Positions 11,120 to 22,635 of a DNA stretch of 64,000 nucleotides are shown piece by piece. Under the pieces are notes generated by a model. It ran no database searches. It was not told the DNA's origin and saw only the letters and a list, made by a program, of their open reading frames with translations. This DNA comes from Vulcanimicrobiales bacterium (GTDB lineage: Bacteria; Vulcanimicrobiota; Vulcanimicrobiia; Vulcanimicrobiales; Vulcanimicrobiaceae). The DNA lies in contig JBBQQR010000004.1 of assembly GCA_038215615.1 (NCBI GenBank), positions 1 through 64,000 of the forward strand, read 5' to 3'. Position 1 is the stretch's first letter. Each line of letters begins with the position of its first letter. The position numbers and the translations under genes are program-made.

Positions 11120-11836
11120 TTACACGGGCGTCGCTCCCAAGTAGGCTTCCGCAACCGCCGGATTTTCGAGCAGCGCGGCACCCGAATCTTCGAATCGCAT
11201 TTCGCCCGTTTCTAACACATAGCCGCGATTCGCGATGCGCAACGCCTGTTGCGCATTCTGTTCTACCAAGAGAATCGTCGTGCCGCTGGCGTTGAGCGTC
11301 TTGATGACGTTAAAAATCGTCTGCACGATAATCGGCGCCAACCCGAGCGAGGGCTCGTCGAGCATCAGCAAACGCGGCGAGCTCATGAGCGCGCGGCCGA
11401 TCGCCAGCATCTGCTGCTCGCCTCCCGAAAGCGTGCCCGCAGATTGCGTAAGACGTTCCTCGAGTCGCGGGAAAGTCTCGATGACAAACGCCAGCCGCCG
11501 CTCGACCTCGCTCTTCGAGCGAACGGTATAAGCGCCGAGCGCAAGATTTTCGCGAACGGTCATACGCGTGAAGACGCGGCGGCCTTCCGGTGCGTGGCTC
11601 AGGCCCAGCCGCACGATTTGGTCGGGCGAGCATTTGTGCACATCGTTTCCATCGAAAGACACGGAACCGGTGTAGGGAGCCAGGCCGCTGATCGCGCGCA
11701 GAGTCGTCGTTTTGCCGGCGCCGTTCGAACCGAGCAGCGCGACGATCTCGCCTTCTTCCACTCGAAGCGAAACAGCGCGCAGCGCGCGGATGCCGCCATA
11801 CGAAACGCTGAGGTCGCGAACTTGAAGAAAGCTCAC
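11120..11836 (-). CDS. livF: Branched-chain amino acid ABC transporter ATPase
   Basis: GSNGAGKTT, PEGRRVF, LSGGEQQMLAIGRALM, LVEQN. Confidence 0.95.
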   Translation of the reverse strand: MSFLQVRDLSVSYGGIRALRAVSLRVEEGEIVALLGSNGAGKTTTLRAISGLAPYTGSVSFDGNDVHKCSPDQIVRLGLSHAPEGRRVFTRMTVRENLALGAYTVRSKSEVERRLAFVIETFPRLEERLTQSAGTLSGGEQQMLAIGRALMSSPRLLMLDEPSLGLAPIIVQTIFNVIKTLNASGTTILLVEQNAQQALRIANRGYVLETGEMRFEDSGAALLENPAVAEAYLGATPV

Positions 11837-12591
11837 GCGACCGCCGTGCCCAGATAAGCGGCAACAACGCGCGGGTCGTTGCGGATTTCCGCCGGTTTGC
11901 CCGACGCTATCCGTTCACCGTAGTCGAGCACCGTTATCTCATCGCTAACCCGCATGACCAGCCCCATATCATGCTCGATCAGCATCACGGTTATCCCACG
12001 CTCGCGAATTGCCGCAACCAGATCCGCAAGCTCCCCCTTTTCTCGCGGATTCATGCCGGCGGCGGGTTCGTCGAGCAGCAGCAGTTTGGGACGGCTCGCT
12101 AATGCGCGCGCGATCTCAAGGCGGCGCTGCGATCCGTAGGGCAGATTGCGGGCGTAGGTCTGGGCGACGCCTTCGAGCCCGACAAATCGCAGTAAGTCGC
12201 GGGCGCGTTCGCGCGCCGCTTTCTCCTCACGGCGCTGGCGCGGCGTATGCAGCAGAGAATCCCACAAGCGTGCATGTAAGTGCGCATCTTCTCCCGCCAG
12301 CACGTTATCGATGGCCGCCATGAACGAAAAGAGCCTGATGTTTTGGAACGTGCGCGCGATGCCGGCAGCCGCGATGCGATGCGACGGCCACGCGTCGATT
12401 CGCGCATCTTCGAAGAATATTTCGCCCGCACCGGGCCGGTAAACGCCGCTCACCATATTGAAGACGGTAGATTTTCCGGCGCCGTTGGGACCGATGACGG
12501 CGCAGATACTTCCGGCCGCCACGTTCAGCGACAGGTCGTTTACGGCGACCAGCTCTCCGAAACGCTTTGTGATGCGCTCAAGCCGCAGCAT
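11833..12591 (-). CDS. livG: Branched-chain amino acid ABC transporter ATPase
   Basis: GPNGAGKS, ARTFQNIRLF, LPYGSQRRLEIARAL, DEPAAGMN. Confidence 0.95.
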   Translation of the reverse strand: MLRLERITKRFGELVAVNDLSLNVAAGSICAVIGPNGAGKSTVFNMVSGVYRPGAGEIFFEDARIDAWPSHRIAAAGIARTFQNIRLFSFMAAIDNVLAGEDAHLHARLWDSLLHTPRQRREEKAARERARDLLRFVGLEGVAQTYARNLPYGSQRRLEIARALASRPKLLLLDEPAAGMNPREKGELADLVAAIRERGITVMLIEHDMGLVMRVSDEITVLDYGERIASGKPAEIRNDPRVVAAYLGTAVA

Positions 12592-13636
12592 GGTGCAGTT
12601 CCTCTTGGCGCTGACGGCTCGGGAGAAGTCCCTCCGGGCGAAAAAGCATGATGCCGACTAAAATCGCGCCGTAGATAAAGAAATGGTAGTTCCCGAAATC
12701 CACGTGCAGGCCGGCGCTCGCGGCGATGGTGTTCGCCTGCGGAAGCACGACGTTGTTAACCAGCACCAGCACCAACGCGCCGACGATAACGCCCGGTATA
12801 TTGCCCATTCCGCCGAGTACGAGCATCGACACGATCAGCACGCTGACTTGAAATTGAAAGAGGTCCGGCGAAACCAAGCTTAGTTTCGCGGCAAAGACCA
12901 CGCCGGCCAAACCGCTGAACGATGCGCCGAGCGCAAACGCCGCGAGCTTTACGGCGGTCGTGTTGATGCCCATGTGGCGCGCGGCCAGTTCGTCCTCGCG
13001 AATCGCCATCCACGCGCGTCCGAGGCGGCTGTCGCGCACATTGTAGGCGAAAAACAGCGCCAAAGCGATGAGCGCCAGCACCACGTAATAGTACGGAATC
13101 GTGTTCTGACCGAACGAGCGGCCGAAAAACGAGGGAAAATCGAGGGCGCCGATGCCGTTTGGCCCGCCGGTGTATTTGGTGAGATTCTGGAAAATCTGCG
13201 GCACGATTTCGCCGAAGCCGAGCGTGACGATGGCCAAATAATCTCCGCGCAGCCGCAACGTGGGCGCGCCCAAAATAATACCGAAGACCGCCGCAAACGC
13301 GGCCGCCAAAAACAGCAGCAGCCAAAATGGCAGATGCAGGTTAAACAGCGGGCTGGCCATCATCGCATACGTATAGGCCCCAATGGCGAAGAATGCCGCG
13401 TAGCCGAGATCGAGCAGGCCGGCAAAGCCGACCACGATGTTCAGTCCGAGCGCGAGCAGCACGAAAATGCCGGCGTCCGCGAGCACGTTGAACGTCGCGT
13501 CATTGCGGTCGAAGAGCGGCGCGCACAAGAGCGCGGCGCCAAGCAGCAAGAACAGCGCACGCTTCACCCGTATGTCGGGCAAACGTTGCGCGACGGCGAT
13601 GACGGCGATTGCAACCAAAAAATACGCGTAGATCAT
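12578..13636 (-). CDS. livM: Branched-chain amino acid ABC transporter permease
   Basis: GLNIVVGFAGLLDLG, LRLRGDYLAIVTLGFGEI, AIREDE, RPEGL. Confidence 0.95.
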   Translation of the reverse strand: MIYAYFLVAIAVIAVAQRLPDIRVKRALFLLLGAALLCAPLFDRNDATFNVLADAGIFVLLALGLNIVVGFAGLLDLGYAAFFAIGAYTYAMMASPLFNLHLPFWLLLFLAAAFAAVFGIILGAPTLRLRGDYLAIVTLGFGEIVPQIFQNLTKYTGGPNGIGALDFPSFFGRSFGQNTIPYYYVVLALIALALFFAYNVRDSRLGRAWMAIREDELAARHMGINTTAVKLAAFALGASFSGLAGVVFAAKLSLVSPDLFQFQVSVLIVSMLVLGGMGNIPGVIVGALVLVLVNNVVLPQANTIAASAGLHVDFGNYHFFIYGAILVGIMLFRPEGLLPSRQRQEELHHAAA

Positions 13637-14544
13637 GCGCGCTCGTACACCGCTTCACCGAGCAGACCCGACGGGCGAAAGACCAGGACGAGGATCAAAA
13701 TCGCAAAGACGGTGACGTTGCTCCACTGGCCGCCGAATTTCCAGGTTGCAAACGACTCGATGATGCCGATCAAAAATCCGCCGAGCATCGCGCCGGCGAT
13801 GTTGCCAATCCCGCCAAGCACCGCCGCCGTGAACGCCTTCAATCCCGCTCCGAAGCCGTTGAAAAACCACGTCGACTGGTAGTAGACGCCCGAAACGAAA
13901 CCGGCTACCCCTGCCAGCGCGCTGCCGATCAGAAACGTCAACATGATCGTTTTGTTGATGTTGATGCCCATGAGTTGCGCGGCGTCGCGGTCTTCCGCCG
14001 TAGCGCGCATCGCGCGGCCGAGCCGCGTGTTGTGAATAAAGAGCTGAAGCGCCACCATCATCACAACGGCTAGCCCGACGAGCAACAATTGCTGTGCTCC
14101 AATCGCAACCCCGGCGACCATAATCGATGGGTTAGGCACGACCGCCGGAAATGGAACCGGCGCCGGCCCTTTCCATATCTGCATCACGTTTTCAAGAATG
14201 AATGAGATGCCGATCGCGGTGATCAGCGGCGCCAAGCGTGGTGCATTTCGCAAGCGCCGGTATGCGAGCCGCTCGATCAGCACGCCGACGATGCCGCAGA
14301 GCAACGCCGCGCCGATCAGCGCGATCGCGACGTCTACGACAAGGGCCACGCCGTGCAATTCGCCGGAAACGCCGAGCGCCGTCAGTATCGTCAGCGCAAA
14401 GAACGAACCGAGCGTGTACACGTCGCCGTGCGCGAAGTTGATGAGCCCGATGATCCCGTAGACCATCGTATAGCCAAGCGCGATCAGCGCATAAATGCCG
14501 CCGAGGGAAATCCCGTTGACGAGTTGCGCCAGAAACTCATGCAT
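13633..14544 (-). CDS. livH: Branched-chain amino acid ABC transporter permease
   Basis: YALIALGYTMVYG..INFAHG, KAFTAAVLGGIG. Confidence 0.95.
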   Translation of the reverse strand: MHEFLAQLVNGISLGGIYALIALGYTMVYGIIGLINFAHGDVYTLGSFFALTILTALGVSGELHGVALVVDVAIALIGAALLCGIVGVLIERLAYRRLRNAPRLAPLITAIGISFILENVMQIWKGPAPVPFPAVVPNPSIMVAGVAIGAQQLLLVGLAVVMMVALQLFIHNTRLGRAMRATAEDRDAAQLMGININKTIMLTFLIGSALAGVAGFVSGVYYQSTWFFNGFGAGLKAFTAAVLGGIGNIAGAMLGGFLIGIIESFATWKFGGQWSNVTVFAILILVLVFRPSGLLGEAVYERA

Positions 14545-14566
14545 GAGCTGGTTCAGCCGCGAAGGG

Positions 14567-15817
14567 CTAGAGCTTCAATTGGATCTGCCGGATAAAATAC
14601 GATTGGCCGTTTTTGAAGCCATAGAGGCTCAGCACGGGGTTCGTAACGTCGCCGTACTTGTCGAAACTGATCGGCCCGATCGGCGTCTCGAGCTTCGTCG
14701 AGGCAACGTTACTGACGACCGTCGTGCGCGCCGGCAGCACGCCGTGGCCGCTCCGAATCGCGCGTATGATTGCACTCGCGGCCACTTGCGCTGCAGCGTA
14801 CGCGTTGGCGCTGTACGGACCGATGTCGGCGTTGTATTTCGCCCGGTATGCTTTAACGAACGCCTGCGCGGCGGGGAGTTTCACTGCGTTCGGAGCCGCC
14901 AGCGTGTAATAGCTACCGTCTGCCTGCGCCGCCGCTACCGTCGCGAGATCCGCCAAACCGTCGCCGCCCATATATGCGGTCTTTCCCAGTCCGACGCTAA
15001 ACATTTGCTTGCGGATCAACCCGCCGCCGGTGCTGGTGACGCCGCCGAAAAACACGACATCGGGTTTCACGGCGAGCACTTTGAGCAGCAGCGATTTAAA
15101 GTCTTGCGTGTTTTTGGCGAGATGATCGCGCCCGAGAACCGTGCCGCCGTCATTCGTGAAGTCTTTTTCGAAGCGGTCGGCCAAATCGAGTCCATACGTT
15201 TCGTTATCGTCGATGATATAAGCACGTTGGAATCCAAGCGAGCGAGCGAATTGCGCGAGTGCGGAACCTTGGCGCGAATCCGTGGTGCATACACGGAAAA
15301 ACGTATTCAGCGATGGGTTAGCGCGCCGCAACTGCGCCGCTTCCGGTCCGATGGTCAGGTTATCGGCAACCACCGACGGCCCGACCTGCGCCATTCCCGC
15401 CGCGTTCGTCACCGGAATTTCCGCGCGCCCGACGTTGGAATTGTAGGGACCGACCACCGCCAGCACTGCCGCATCGCTGATGAAGCTGCGTACGTTGGAA
15501 ACGCCCTGTTCGGGATTGTGCACGCCCTGCACCGAATCGTCGAGCGCTTCGCCTTGCAGCGTAAAGCCGCGCGGCACACTTTTTTGCGCCTGATCGATGG
15601 CGAGCAACGCACCTTGCTCGGTGCTGATTCCAACCGACGCGTCGCCACCCGAGAGCGGCAAATCGATTCCGATCTTCACAACTTGCCCCGGAGGAGCCGG
15701 GCTGGGAGCCGCGGTCACCGCAGTCGTGGTCGTCGTCGTACTTTTTGAAGTCGAGGCGTTGTTCGCACCGGAGCACGCCGAGAGCATCACAATTGCTAAC
15801 ACAGCAGAGATTCGCAT
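14567..15817 (-). CDS. livK: Branched-chain amino acid ABC transporter substrate-binding lipoprotein
   Basis: Lipobox LSAC; KIGIDLPLSG, VVGPYNS, DDNETYG. Start taken at the second ATG, which opens the signal peptide. Confidence 0.88.
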   Translation of the reverse strand: MRISAVLAIVMLSACSGANNASTSKSTTTTTTAVTAAPSPAPPGQVVKIGIDLPLSGGDASVGISTEQGALLAIDQAQKSVPRGFTLQGEALDDSVQGVHNPEQGVSNVRSFISDAAVLAVVGPYNSNVGRAEIPVTNAAGMAQVGPSVVADNLTIGPEAAQLRRANPSLNTFFRVCTTDSRQGSALAQFARSLGFQRAYIIDDNETYGLDLADRFEKDFTNDGGTVLGRDHLAKNTQDFKSLLLKVLAVKPDVVFFGGVTSTGGGLIRKQMFSVGLGKTAYMGGDGLADLATVAAAQADGSYYTLAAPNAVKLPAAQAFVKAYRAKYNADIGPYSANAYAAAQVAASAIIRAIRSGHGVLPARTTVVSNVASTKLETPIGPISFDKYGDVTNPVLSLYGFKNGQSYFIRQIQLKL

Positions 15818-15865
15818 GGCATTTTCGGTTACTTGTGCGCGCCAGAGCTCCTCCCAGCGCATTGA

Positions 15866-16077
15866 TCAAGCGATGCTGACTTCGCGCTCCACACGGCTGC
15901 CGATCTGGTCCTTAGCCTTGCGAAGCTTCAAAATAGCGGGCCAGCAATGCGTATCCGCAGTGATCCCGCGGCGGCCGCGGATTATCTCTGGCGATTTGCC
16001 GCCAAGCCGCGAGGCTCCATGAATTCCTCAGCGAGGATCTCACCCGGGTGAATCGGCGCGAATTTTGCAAGTGCCAT
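15866..16077 (-). pseudogene. higA: HigA-family antitoxin pseudogene
   Basis: AGAGG RBS and ATG. Fragments in three frames: PIHPGEILAEEFMEPRGLAANR / EIIRGRRGITADT / ALLARYF / LRKAKDQIGSRVEREVSIA*. Confidence 0.8.
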
Positions 16078-16092
16078 TTTCCTCTTAGTGAT

Positions 16093-19000
16093 CTAGGCTG
16101 GTTCGAGTTCCCTCACGGCCGCTGCATTGAAGTACGCCGCCTTCGGATGGTGCATGATAATGGCCGCGGTCGATTGCTCCGGAACGATTTGAAAGGCTTC
16201 GGTGAGTTTCACGCCGATCGCGTTCCCGGCGTCGAGCAAACGGAACGCGATTTCGTGCTGTGAAAGGTCCGGACACGCGCCGTATCCCCACGAGTAACGC
16301 TTTCCGCGATCGCCGGGCAAACCCAATTCGGAGCGAATATGGCGATGAGCGTACTCAGCCAGCGCCTCCGCGCTCTGCACGGAAAAGCCGTGCAAGAAAT
16401 ACGACTCGCTGTACTCGCCGGCAGCATGGAGTTCGGCGATGCGTTCCGATGCGCGCGATCCGACGGTAACGACTTGAAGCGCTACCACATCTACACCGCG
16501 TCCGCCCTCGGGTTCGCGCAGATAATCCGCCAGCGATAAGTGTTCGCCGCCGGCCTGGCGCACAAACGTGAACCGCGCGATTTCGCGCGACGGATCTTCC
16601 GGATCGTACACAATCGCATCGTTGCCGCTTCCCGCCGCCGGAAAGTAGCCGTACACAAAGCGCGGCTCCAAAAACTCCGCGGCCGATTCCTGATAGCGCT
16701 GTAAACGCGGTTCGAATTCCTCGCGTACGAGTTTTTCGAACGCGTCGCCTTTGGTGTTCGCAGCTCCCCACGACAACCGGTACAAGCTGCGCATGTCAAA
16801 ACACGGCCAGAGTTTGGCGGAATCGACGTCGCGCATCGAGCGCGTCCCAAAGAACGGCGGCTTGGGAATGGCGGGACGGTCGGCTTTCACGGCCGAGTAT
16901 TGTATGGCCCCGTTACTCGCCGCTACGGCCGGCGCGGCGGCGCGCGGCGCGAGCGCCTCGCGCTTGGCCTGCTCGATGAATTTTTCACGCGCGGCCGGAT
17001 CGCCGGTCAGCGTCTCCATCACCTGCAAACCTTCGAACGCATCTTTGGCATAAAACAAGCCCGGCTCGAAATAACGGTTTCCTTCGAGCACGGAAATCCG
17101 CCGGCCGAAATCGCGATTGATCGCCGCGCCTCCCACGAGTACCGGAAACTCCAAGCCGCGCGTATCTTGCTCTTGCACGCACACCGGCATCTGTTTGCTC
17201 GTCGAGACAAGTAGCGCCGAAAGCCCGATCGCGTCGGCTTTTACTTCGACCGCTTTTTCTAAAATGGTATTCATCGGCACTTGCTTGCCGAGATCGAAAA
17301 CAGTATAGCCGTTGTTGGCCAGAATTGTGTGCACAAGATTTTTACCGATGTCGTGCACGTCGCCAAAGACCGTCGCGAGCACAACCTTGCCTTTGGTTTG
17401 GCCTTCCTTCTTCTCAAGGAATTGCTCCAGATGCGCGACGGCTTTTTTCATGACCTCGGCCGACTGCAGTACGAACGGCAAGATCAGCTCGCCCGCGCCG
17501 AACTTGTCGCCGACTTCCTTCATGGCGGGCAGCAGTATTTCGTTGAGCACTTCGACCGGGCCGCGCGTCAGCAGCGCCTCGTCGATCTTGGCTTCGATAC
17601 CGTCTTTGCGGCGACGCAGGATCGCGTTGTGAATGCGCACGTCCGGCGGCGCATCGGCGTCGTCGTCCTTCTTCTCGCCTTTGCCGTCGGCCGAAGAAAC
17701 GGCACCTTCGTAGTGTTCGATCAAGCGCTGCAGCGAGTCGGGACGGCGGTTGAACACCATGTCGTCGCAGAGTTCGCGTTCGGTCGCGTCGAGTTCGGCG
17801 TACGGTGTAATCTCTTTGGCGTAGACCAGCGCCATGTCGAGGCCCGCTTGCACGCAGTGATGCAGAAAGACGGAATTCAGCGCCGCCCGCGCAGCCGGAT
17901 TCAAGCCGAACGAGACGTTGCTGACGCCCAGCGAGGTCAGCACGCCCGGAAGCGCTTCTTTGATCGCCTTGATGCCGTCGATCGTGTCGACCGCAGAGTT
18001 GATGTACTCTTGATCGCCGGTCGCGAGCGTGAAGGTCAAATCGTCGAATATCAGCGCGCCCGCGGGCAGACCGTACTCGTTAACCACGATATCGTAGATG
18101 CGTTTGGCGACTTCGAGCTTGCGCTCGGCGGTTTTCGCCATGCCGGTTTCGTCGATCGTAAGCGCGACCACGGCCGCGCCGTGCTCCATCGCCAGCGGCA
18201 GCACCGCGTCGATCTTCGCGCGGCCGCTCTCAAGATGCACCGAGTTCACGATCGCGCGGCCGGGGTAGGCTTCGAGCGCCGCTTGCAGCACCTTGGGTTC
18301 GGTCGAGTCGATCATCAACGGAACCTCGACCGATTGCGCGAGCTTGCGCACGATCAGGCGCATCTGCTCGTCCTCGTCGGTGCGTTCGGTTAACGCGCAG
18401 CAGATGTCGAGCGCGTGCGCGCCGCCTTCCACCTGCTCGCGCGCGACCAGCGTGATGTCGTCAAAGTTCTCCTCGAGCAACAGCCGTTTGATTTTGCGCG
18501 AGCCTTGCGAATTGATCCGTTCGCCCACCAGCAGCGGTCGCGGCTCTTGTTCGAGCGCGGTCGCGGTCATGGCCGATGCGGCGAATTGCTTGGGCTGTGC
18601 GACCGGAATGCGGCCGCGCTTGCCGGCCCGCGCCAGCGCGTCGACTTCCGCGCGGATTGCAGCGATGTGCTCGGGAGTCGTACCGCAACAGCCTCCCACG
18701 ACGTTCACGCCGAAGTCGCGGACGAACTCCGCCAGCTCGCGCGCGAGTTCCGCGGGCGTTTCCGGATAAATCGTTTCACCGCGCGGCCCCATCAGCGGCA
18801 AGCCTGCATTCGGTACGACGGAGATGTACCGGTCGGAGTTTTCGCACAGGTAACGGATCGGATCGCGCATTTGCGACGGTCCGGTCGAGCAGTTCAAACC
18901 GATCACGTCGACGGGCAGCGCGCCGACGGCCGCGCAAATCGCGCGAACGTCGGTTCCCAGTAACATGCGCCCTTCGGTGATCAGCGTCGGCTGCGCCTGG

Positions 19001-19575
19001 ATGGGAACGCGGCGCATGCCTTTGCTGAATTCGCGCGTGATGCCGGCGACGGCCGCTTTGAGCTCAAGCAGATCTTGCATCGTTTCGAGCAGCAAGAAAT
19101 CTGCGCCGCCTTCCACCAAGTACCGCGCCTGCTCGCCGTACAAGTCCGCGATCTCTTGGAACGTAATTTTTGAAAGCGACGGATCCGACGACGAGATCAG
19201 CATGCCCGTCGGGCCCATGGAGCCCGCCACAAAACGTGGGCGATCGGGCGTGGAGTATTTGTCGCACGCGGCGCGCGCGAGCTGCGCGGCGGTGCGGTTG
19301 ACTTCAGCGACTTTGCTCCCGAGTTCGTATTCGTCGAGTTTTAGACGGGATGCCGTGAACGTGTCGGTTTCGAGGACCTCGGCGCCCGCTTCCAAATACT
19401 TTTCATGGATATCGCGGACGATATCCGGGCGCGTCAAAACGAGAGCTTCGTTGCAGCCCTGATAGCGAACACCGCCGAAATCGTCGGCGGTGAGTTCGAG
19501 GTCCATGATTTGCGTGCCCATGGCCCCGTCGAAAACGAGCACGCGCTCGCCCAAGAGTTGCAGGTAGTCCGCCAA
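16093..19575 (-). CDS. metH: Cobalamin-dependent methionine synthase
   Basis: FDGAMGT, GLNCSTGP, GGCCGT, GERIN..GSRK, B12-binding DVHDIGKN, RYSWGYGACPDL. Confidence 0.97.
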   Translation of the reverse strand: MADYLQLLGERVLVFDGAMGTQIMDLELTADDFGGVRYQGCNEALVLTRPDIVRDIHEKYLEAGAEVLETDTFTASRLKLDEYELGSKVAEVNRTAAQLARAACDKYSTPDRPRFVAGSMGPTGMLISSSDPSLSKITFQEIADLYGEQARYLVEGGADFLLLETMQDLLELKAAVAGITREFSKGMRRVPIQAQPTLITEGRMLLGTDVRAICAAVGALPVDVIGLNCSTGPSQMRDPIRYLCENSDRYISVVPNAGLPLMGPRGETIYPETPAELARELAEFVRDFGVNVVGGCCGTTPEHIAAIRAEVDALARAGKRGRIPVAQPKQFAASAMTATALEQEPRPLLVGERINSQGSRKIKRLLLEENFDDITLVAREQVEGGAHALDICCALTERTDEDEQMRLIVRKLAQSVEVPLMIDSTEPKVLQAALEAYPGRAIVNSVHLESGRAKIDAVLPLAMEHGAAVVALTIDETGMAKTAERKLEVAKRIYDIVVNEYGLPAGALIFDDLTFTLATGDQEYINSAVDTIDGIKAIKEALPGVLTSLGVSNVSFGLNPAARAALNSVFLHHCVQAGLDMALVYAKEITPYAELDATERELCDDMVFNRRPDSLQRLIEHYEGAVSSADGKGEKKDDDADAPPDVRIHNAILRRRKDGIEAKIDEALLTRGPVEVLNEILLPAMKEVGDKFGAGELILPFVLQSAEVMKKAVAHLEQFLEKKEGQTKGKVVLATVFGDVHDIGKNLVHTILANNGYTVFDLGKQVPMNTILEKAVEVKADAIGLSALLVSTSKQMPVCVQEQDTRGLEFPVLVGGAAINRDFGRRISVLEGNRYFEPGLFYAKDAFEGLQVMETLTGDPAAREKFIEQAKREALAPRAAAPAVAASNGAIQYSAVKADRPAIPKPPFFGTRSMRDVDSAKLWPCFDMRSLYRLSWGAANTKGDAFEKLVREEFEPRLQRYQESAAEFLEPRFVYGYFPAAGSGNDAIVYDPEDPSREIARFTFVRQAGGEHLSLADYLREPEGGRGVDVVALQVVTVGSRASERIAELHAAGEYSESYFLHGFSVQSAEALAEYAHRHIRSELGLPGDRGKRYSWGYGACPDLSQHEIAFRLLDAGNAIGVKLTEAFQIVPEQSTAAIIMHHPKAAYFNAAAVRELEPA

Positions 19576-19577
19576 CG

Positions 19578-20585
19578 TTATCCTTCGCGGGCGCTGATGT
19601 CGCCGACGGCGCGCCCAGCCCGATTATATACTATTCCGCGCTCGAGGTCCGCGAGTTTCGTCAGCTGCGCGGGCGAGAGCGCGCCAAGGCTCTTGAGCAT
19701 CGTCAGAACCGCCGGGCCGCGAGCGCGCGCCGTTCCGTCGAGCACTTTACAGGCTAGGCCAAGGCCCGGACTCCGCACGCCGACGCCGTGCACGCCTTCG
19801 GCTCCTGCTTTGCACACGATGGAACCGCCGCCGGCCTCCATTAAACGGGCGTCGAATTCGCCGGTGCCCGAAACGTACTCCGGGAATGCCGTCATCGCAT
19901 CGCGCACGACCGCAAGCGCCGCGGCATCTTCGTCGTTCAAGCCTTCAGGCTCGGCGAGGCGGAGAAACGACAGCGCTGCGTTGCGCAGCGGAACGGCGTA
20001 GACGGGAATGCCGCATCCATCTATGCCGACCGGCATCTCTGCCATCTTCACATCGCTGACGCGCGCGCAAAACTCCAAGATCAGTTGCTCCGCGGGATTC
20101 TGCAATTGGAGATACGTCCGGGCATCGGCATTCATGATCTTGCACAACGCGAGAATGCCTGCGTGTTTGCCCGAACAGTTATTGTACATCGGCGTCGGCA
20201 GAAGGCCGGCGCGTTCGAGCTCGAGCGCCGCGGCCGCGTTATACGGCGGATGAACGCCGCATTGCAGCGCGTCTTCGGACATGTCGATCTTCTGCAGAAT
20301 CGATCGCACCGCTTCGAGGTGAAACGACTGTCCGCCGTGCGAGCCTGCCATAACGGCGATCTCGCGCGGTTCGAGTCCAAAGCGCTCGCGCGCGCCGGCT
20401 CCGATAACCGCCGCGGCGATAAACGGCTTCGCGCTCGAGCGCAGGAAAACTGGGAAGTTGTCGATGTCCCCAAAGGCGAGCACCGTTTTCCCGCGCGCAT
20501 CAACGGCGCAAGCAGCGATATCGTGGATCGACTCCACAATACCGCCGCGAGTAACGTGAACGCTAAACGAGGGCAGCTTCGACAA
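19578..20585 (-). CDS. L-asparaginase II (Rhizobium AnsA-type)
   Basis: [40 protein letters not shown] start inferred at 20585. Confidence 0.9.
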   Translation of the reverse strand: MSKLPSFSVHVTRGGIVESIHDIAACAVDARGKTVLAFGDIDNFPVFLRSSAKPFIAAAVIGAGARERFGLEPREIAVMAGSHGGQSFHLEAVRSILQKIDMSEDALQCGVHPPYNAAAALELERAGLLPTPMYNNCSGKHAGILALCKIMNADARTYLQLQNPAEQLILEFCARVSDVKMAEMPVGIDGCGIPVYAVPLRNAALSFLRLAEPEGLNDEDAAALAVVRDAMTAFPEYVSGTGEFDARLMEAGGGSIVCKAGAEGVHGVGVRSPGLGLACKVLDGTARARGPAVLTMLKSLGALSPAQLTKLADLERGIVYNRAGRAVGDISAREG

Positions 20586-21525
20586 TCCGCGTTTCTTGTT
20601 CGGCGAATACGGGGTTTGAAAGATAGCGTTCGCCTGTATCAGCAGCAACGGTCACGATGACTTTGCCTTTCGACTCGGGCCGCGCCGCGACTTGCAGGGC
20701 TGCCCAAATATTCGCGCCCGATGAAACTCCGACCAGCATACCTTCTTCGCGCGCCGCGCGGCGCGTCGTCGCGATCGCGTCCGCATCGGTGACGCGGATC
20801 ACTTCGTCATAAATTTCGGTGTTGAGAATCTTCGGAACGAAGCCCGCTCCGGTTCCTTGAATCTTGTGCGGGCCGGGCGTGCCGCCGGAGAGCACCGGCG
20901 AGGCGTCGGGTTCGACCGCGACGATCCGGGCGGCGGGCTTGCGCTCGCGCAGCACCTCTCCCACGCCGGTAATCGTACCGCCGGTTCCGATGGCCGCCAC
21001 GAAGACGTCGACGGTGCCGTCGGTGTCGCGCCAAATCTCTTCGGCCGTCGTGCGGCGATGGATCTCGGGGTTGGCCGGATTCTCGAACTGCTGCGGCATG
21101 AAATACTTGGGCGGGTCGCTCGCCCGAATCTCATTGGCCTTGGCAATCGCGCCCTTCATACCCTCAGCACCCGGCGTCAGCACGACCTGTGCGCCGTAAG
21201 CTTTAAGGAGGTTCCGGCGTTCGACGGTCATCGTATCGGGCATGACCAGAATCAGCGGATAGCCCTTAGCGGCGGCCACAAACGCCAAAGCAATGCCGGT
21301 ATTTCCGCTGGTCGGCTCGATGATCACGCTGTCCGGACGAAGCTGTCCGTCGCGTTCGGCGGCTTCGATCATCGAAATCCCGATGCGGTCCTTCACCGAA
21401 CCGCCCGGGTTGAACGACTCCATTTTGACGGCAACTATTCCGGGCAGTCCCTTGGCCAGCCGTGGAAGCTTAACGAGCGGAGTGTTGCCGAAAGAGTCGG
21501 CCAAATTTTCGTAGATGCGGCTCAT
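20563..21525 (-). CDS. cysK: Cysteine synthase A
   Basis: [42 protein letters not shown]. Confidence 0.97.
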   Translation of the reverse strand: MSRIYENLADSFGNTPLVKLPRLAKGLPGIVAVKMESFNPGGSVKDRIGISMIEAAERDGQLRPDSVIIEPTSGNTGIALAFVAAAKGYPLILVMPDTMTVERRNLLKAYGAQVVLTPGAEGMKGAIAKANEIRASDPPKYFMPQQFENPANPEIHRRTTAEEIWRDTDGTVDVFVAAIGTGGTITGVGEVLRERKPAARIVAVEPDASPVLSGGTPGPHKIQGTGAGFVPKILNTEIYDEVIRVTDADAIATTRRAAREEGMLVGVSSGANIWAALQVAARPESKGKVIVTVAADTGERYLSNPVFAEQETRIVEAALV

Positions 21526-21598
21526 GAAAGCCAAGAACCGCGCCGGCCCGGCAAAAGCTGCACAGGCCGCGCCCGCGGTTCGACGGAAAATAGCGCTC

Positions 21599-22633
21599 GT
21601 GTTCTCCCTGGCCGGCAAGTCATTATATGTCGAAGCGATCGATCTTTGGATCGATTCGATGACCTCGCGCGGCCGCTGCTACGTTTCGCACGGTCACTCC
21701 GATCACGCGCGTGAACATGACACGATCGTCTCGACTCCCAACACTGCGGCAATCTGCCGCGCGAAATTCGCGCGCCGCAATGCGCGCGCGACGCAACCGT
21801 CGCTACTGGCCGGATTCAAAACGCCGAAACCGCCGCGGCCGCCCAGCATCTTTGAAGAGCATGGGTTCAATCAACCGTGGGAGAGCGGAAATCACCGGCT
21901 AACGTTATTTTCCGCCGGTCACGTGCTCGGCAGCTCGCAGATTCTGATCGAAGGCGAGCACGGCAATTTCGTCTACACCGGCGACTTTAAACTCGCCGCG
22001 TCGCTCACGGCCGAGACGCCCGAGGTCAAACCGTGCGATCTCGTCCTGATGGAATGCACCTTTGGCCGGCCGCAATATGCATTTCCGCCGCGCGAAGAAG
22101 TGGCCGCGGAAATGATCGCGTTCGCGCGCGACGCGCTCGAGGCCGGAGCCGTGCCCGTCTTCTTCGCGTACTCTTTAGGGAAGGCGCAAGAGGCGGTAGC
22201 AATTCTCGGCAGCGCGGAGATCGGCGTGACGGTGCACGGCACCATCGAGACGTTGTGCCGCGTCTACGAGACGTGCGGCGTGCAGCTTCCGAAATACGAA
22301 CGCTACGATGTGCTGACGTTTAAGGCAGACGGCGCCGTCGTTTGGCCGCCGTCGGGAAAAGCGCTGCCCAAAGCTTTGCGCGGCAAGCCCGTGCGGACCG
22401 CGGTTTTGACCGGCTGGTCGATGGATCGCAGCGCGAGATTCCGCTACGGCGTCGACCGGTGTTTCCCGCTCTCCGACCATGCCGATTATCCCGCGCTCCT
22501 TCGCTACATCGAATTGGCGCAGCCCAAGAAAGTTTTACTCAATCACGGCTGGCCCGATTTCGTCCACCGGCTGCGCCGCCTCGGTATCGACGCGGAATAC
22601 TTAGAGGAACACTCGCAGCTAGCGCTGTTCTAG
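21599..22633 (+). CDS. MBL-fold exonuclease of the ligase-associated DNA damage response type
   Basis: [40 protein letters not shown]; adjacent to the ligase. GTG start inferred. Confidence 0.88.
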   Translation: MFSLAGKSLYVEAIDLWIDSMTSRGRCYVSHGHSDHAREHDTIVSTPNTAAICRAKFARRNARATQPSLLAGFKTPKPPRPPSIFEEHGFNQPWESGNHRLTLFSAGHVLGSSQILIEGEHGNFVYTGDFKLAASLTAETPEVKPCDLVLMECTFGRPQYAFPPREEVAAEMIAFARDALEAGAVPVFFAYSLGKAQEAVAILGSAEIGVTVHGTIETLCRVYETCGVQLPKYERYDVLTFKADGAVVWPPSGKALPKALRGKPVRTAVLTGWSMDRSARFRYGVDRCFPLSDHADYPALLRYIELAQPKKVLLNHGWPDFVHRLRRLGIDAEYLEEHSQLALF

Positions 22634-22635
22634 CA

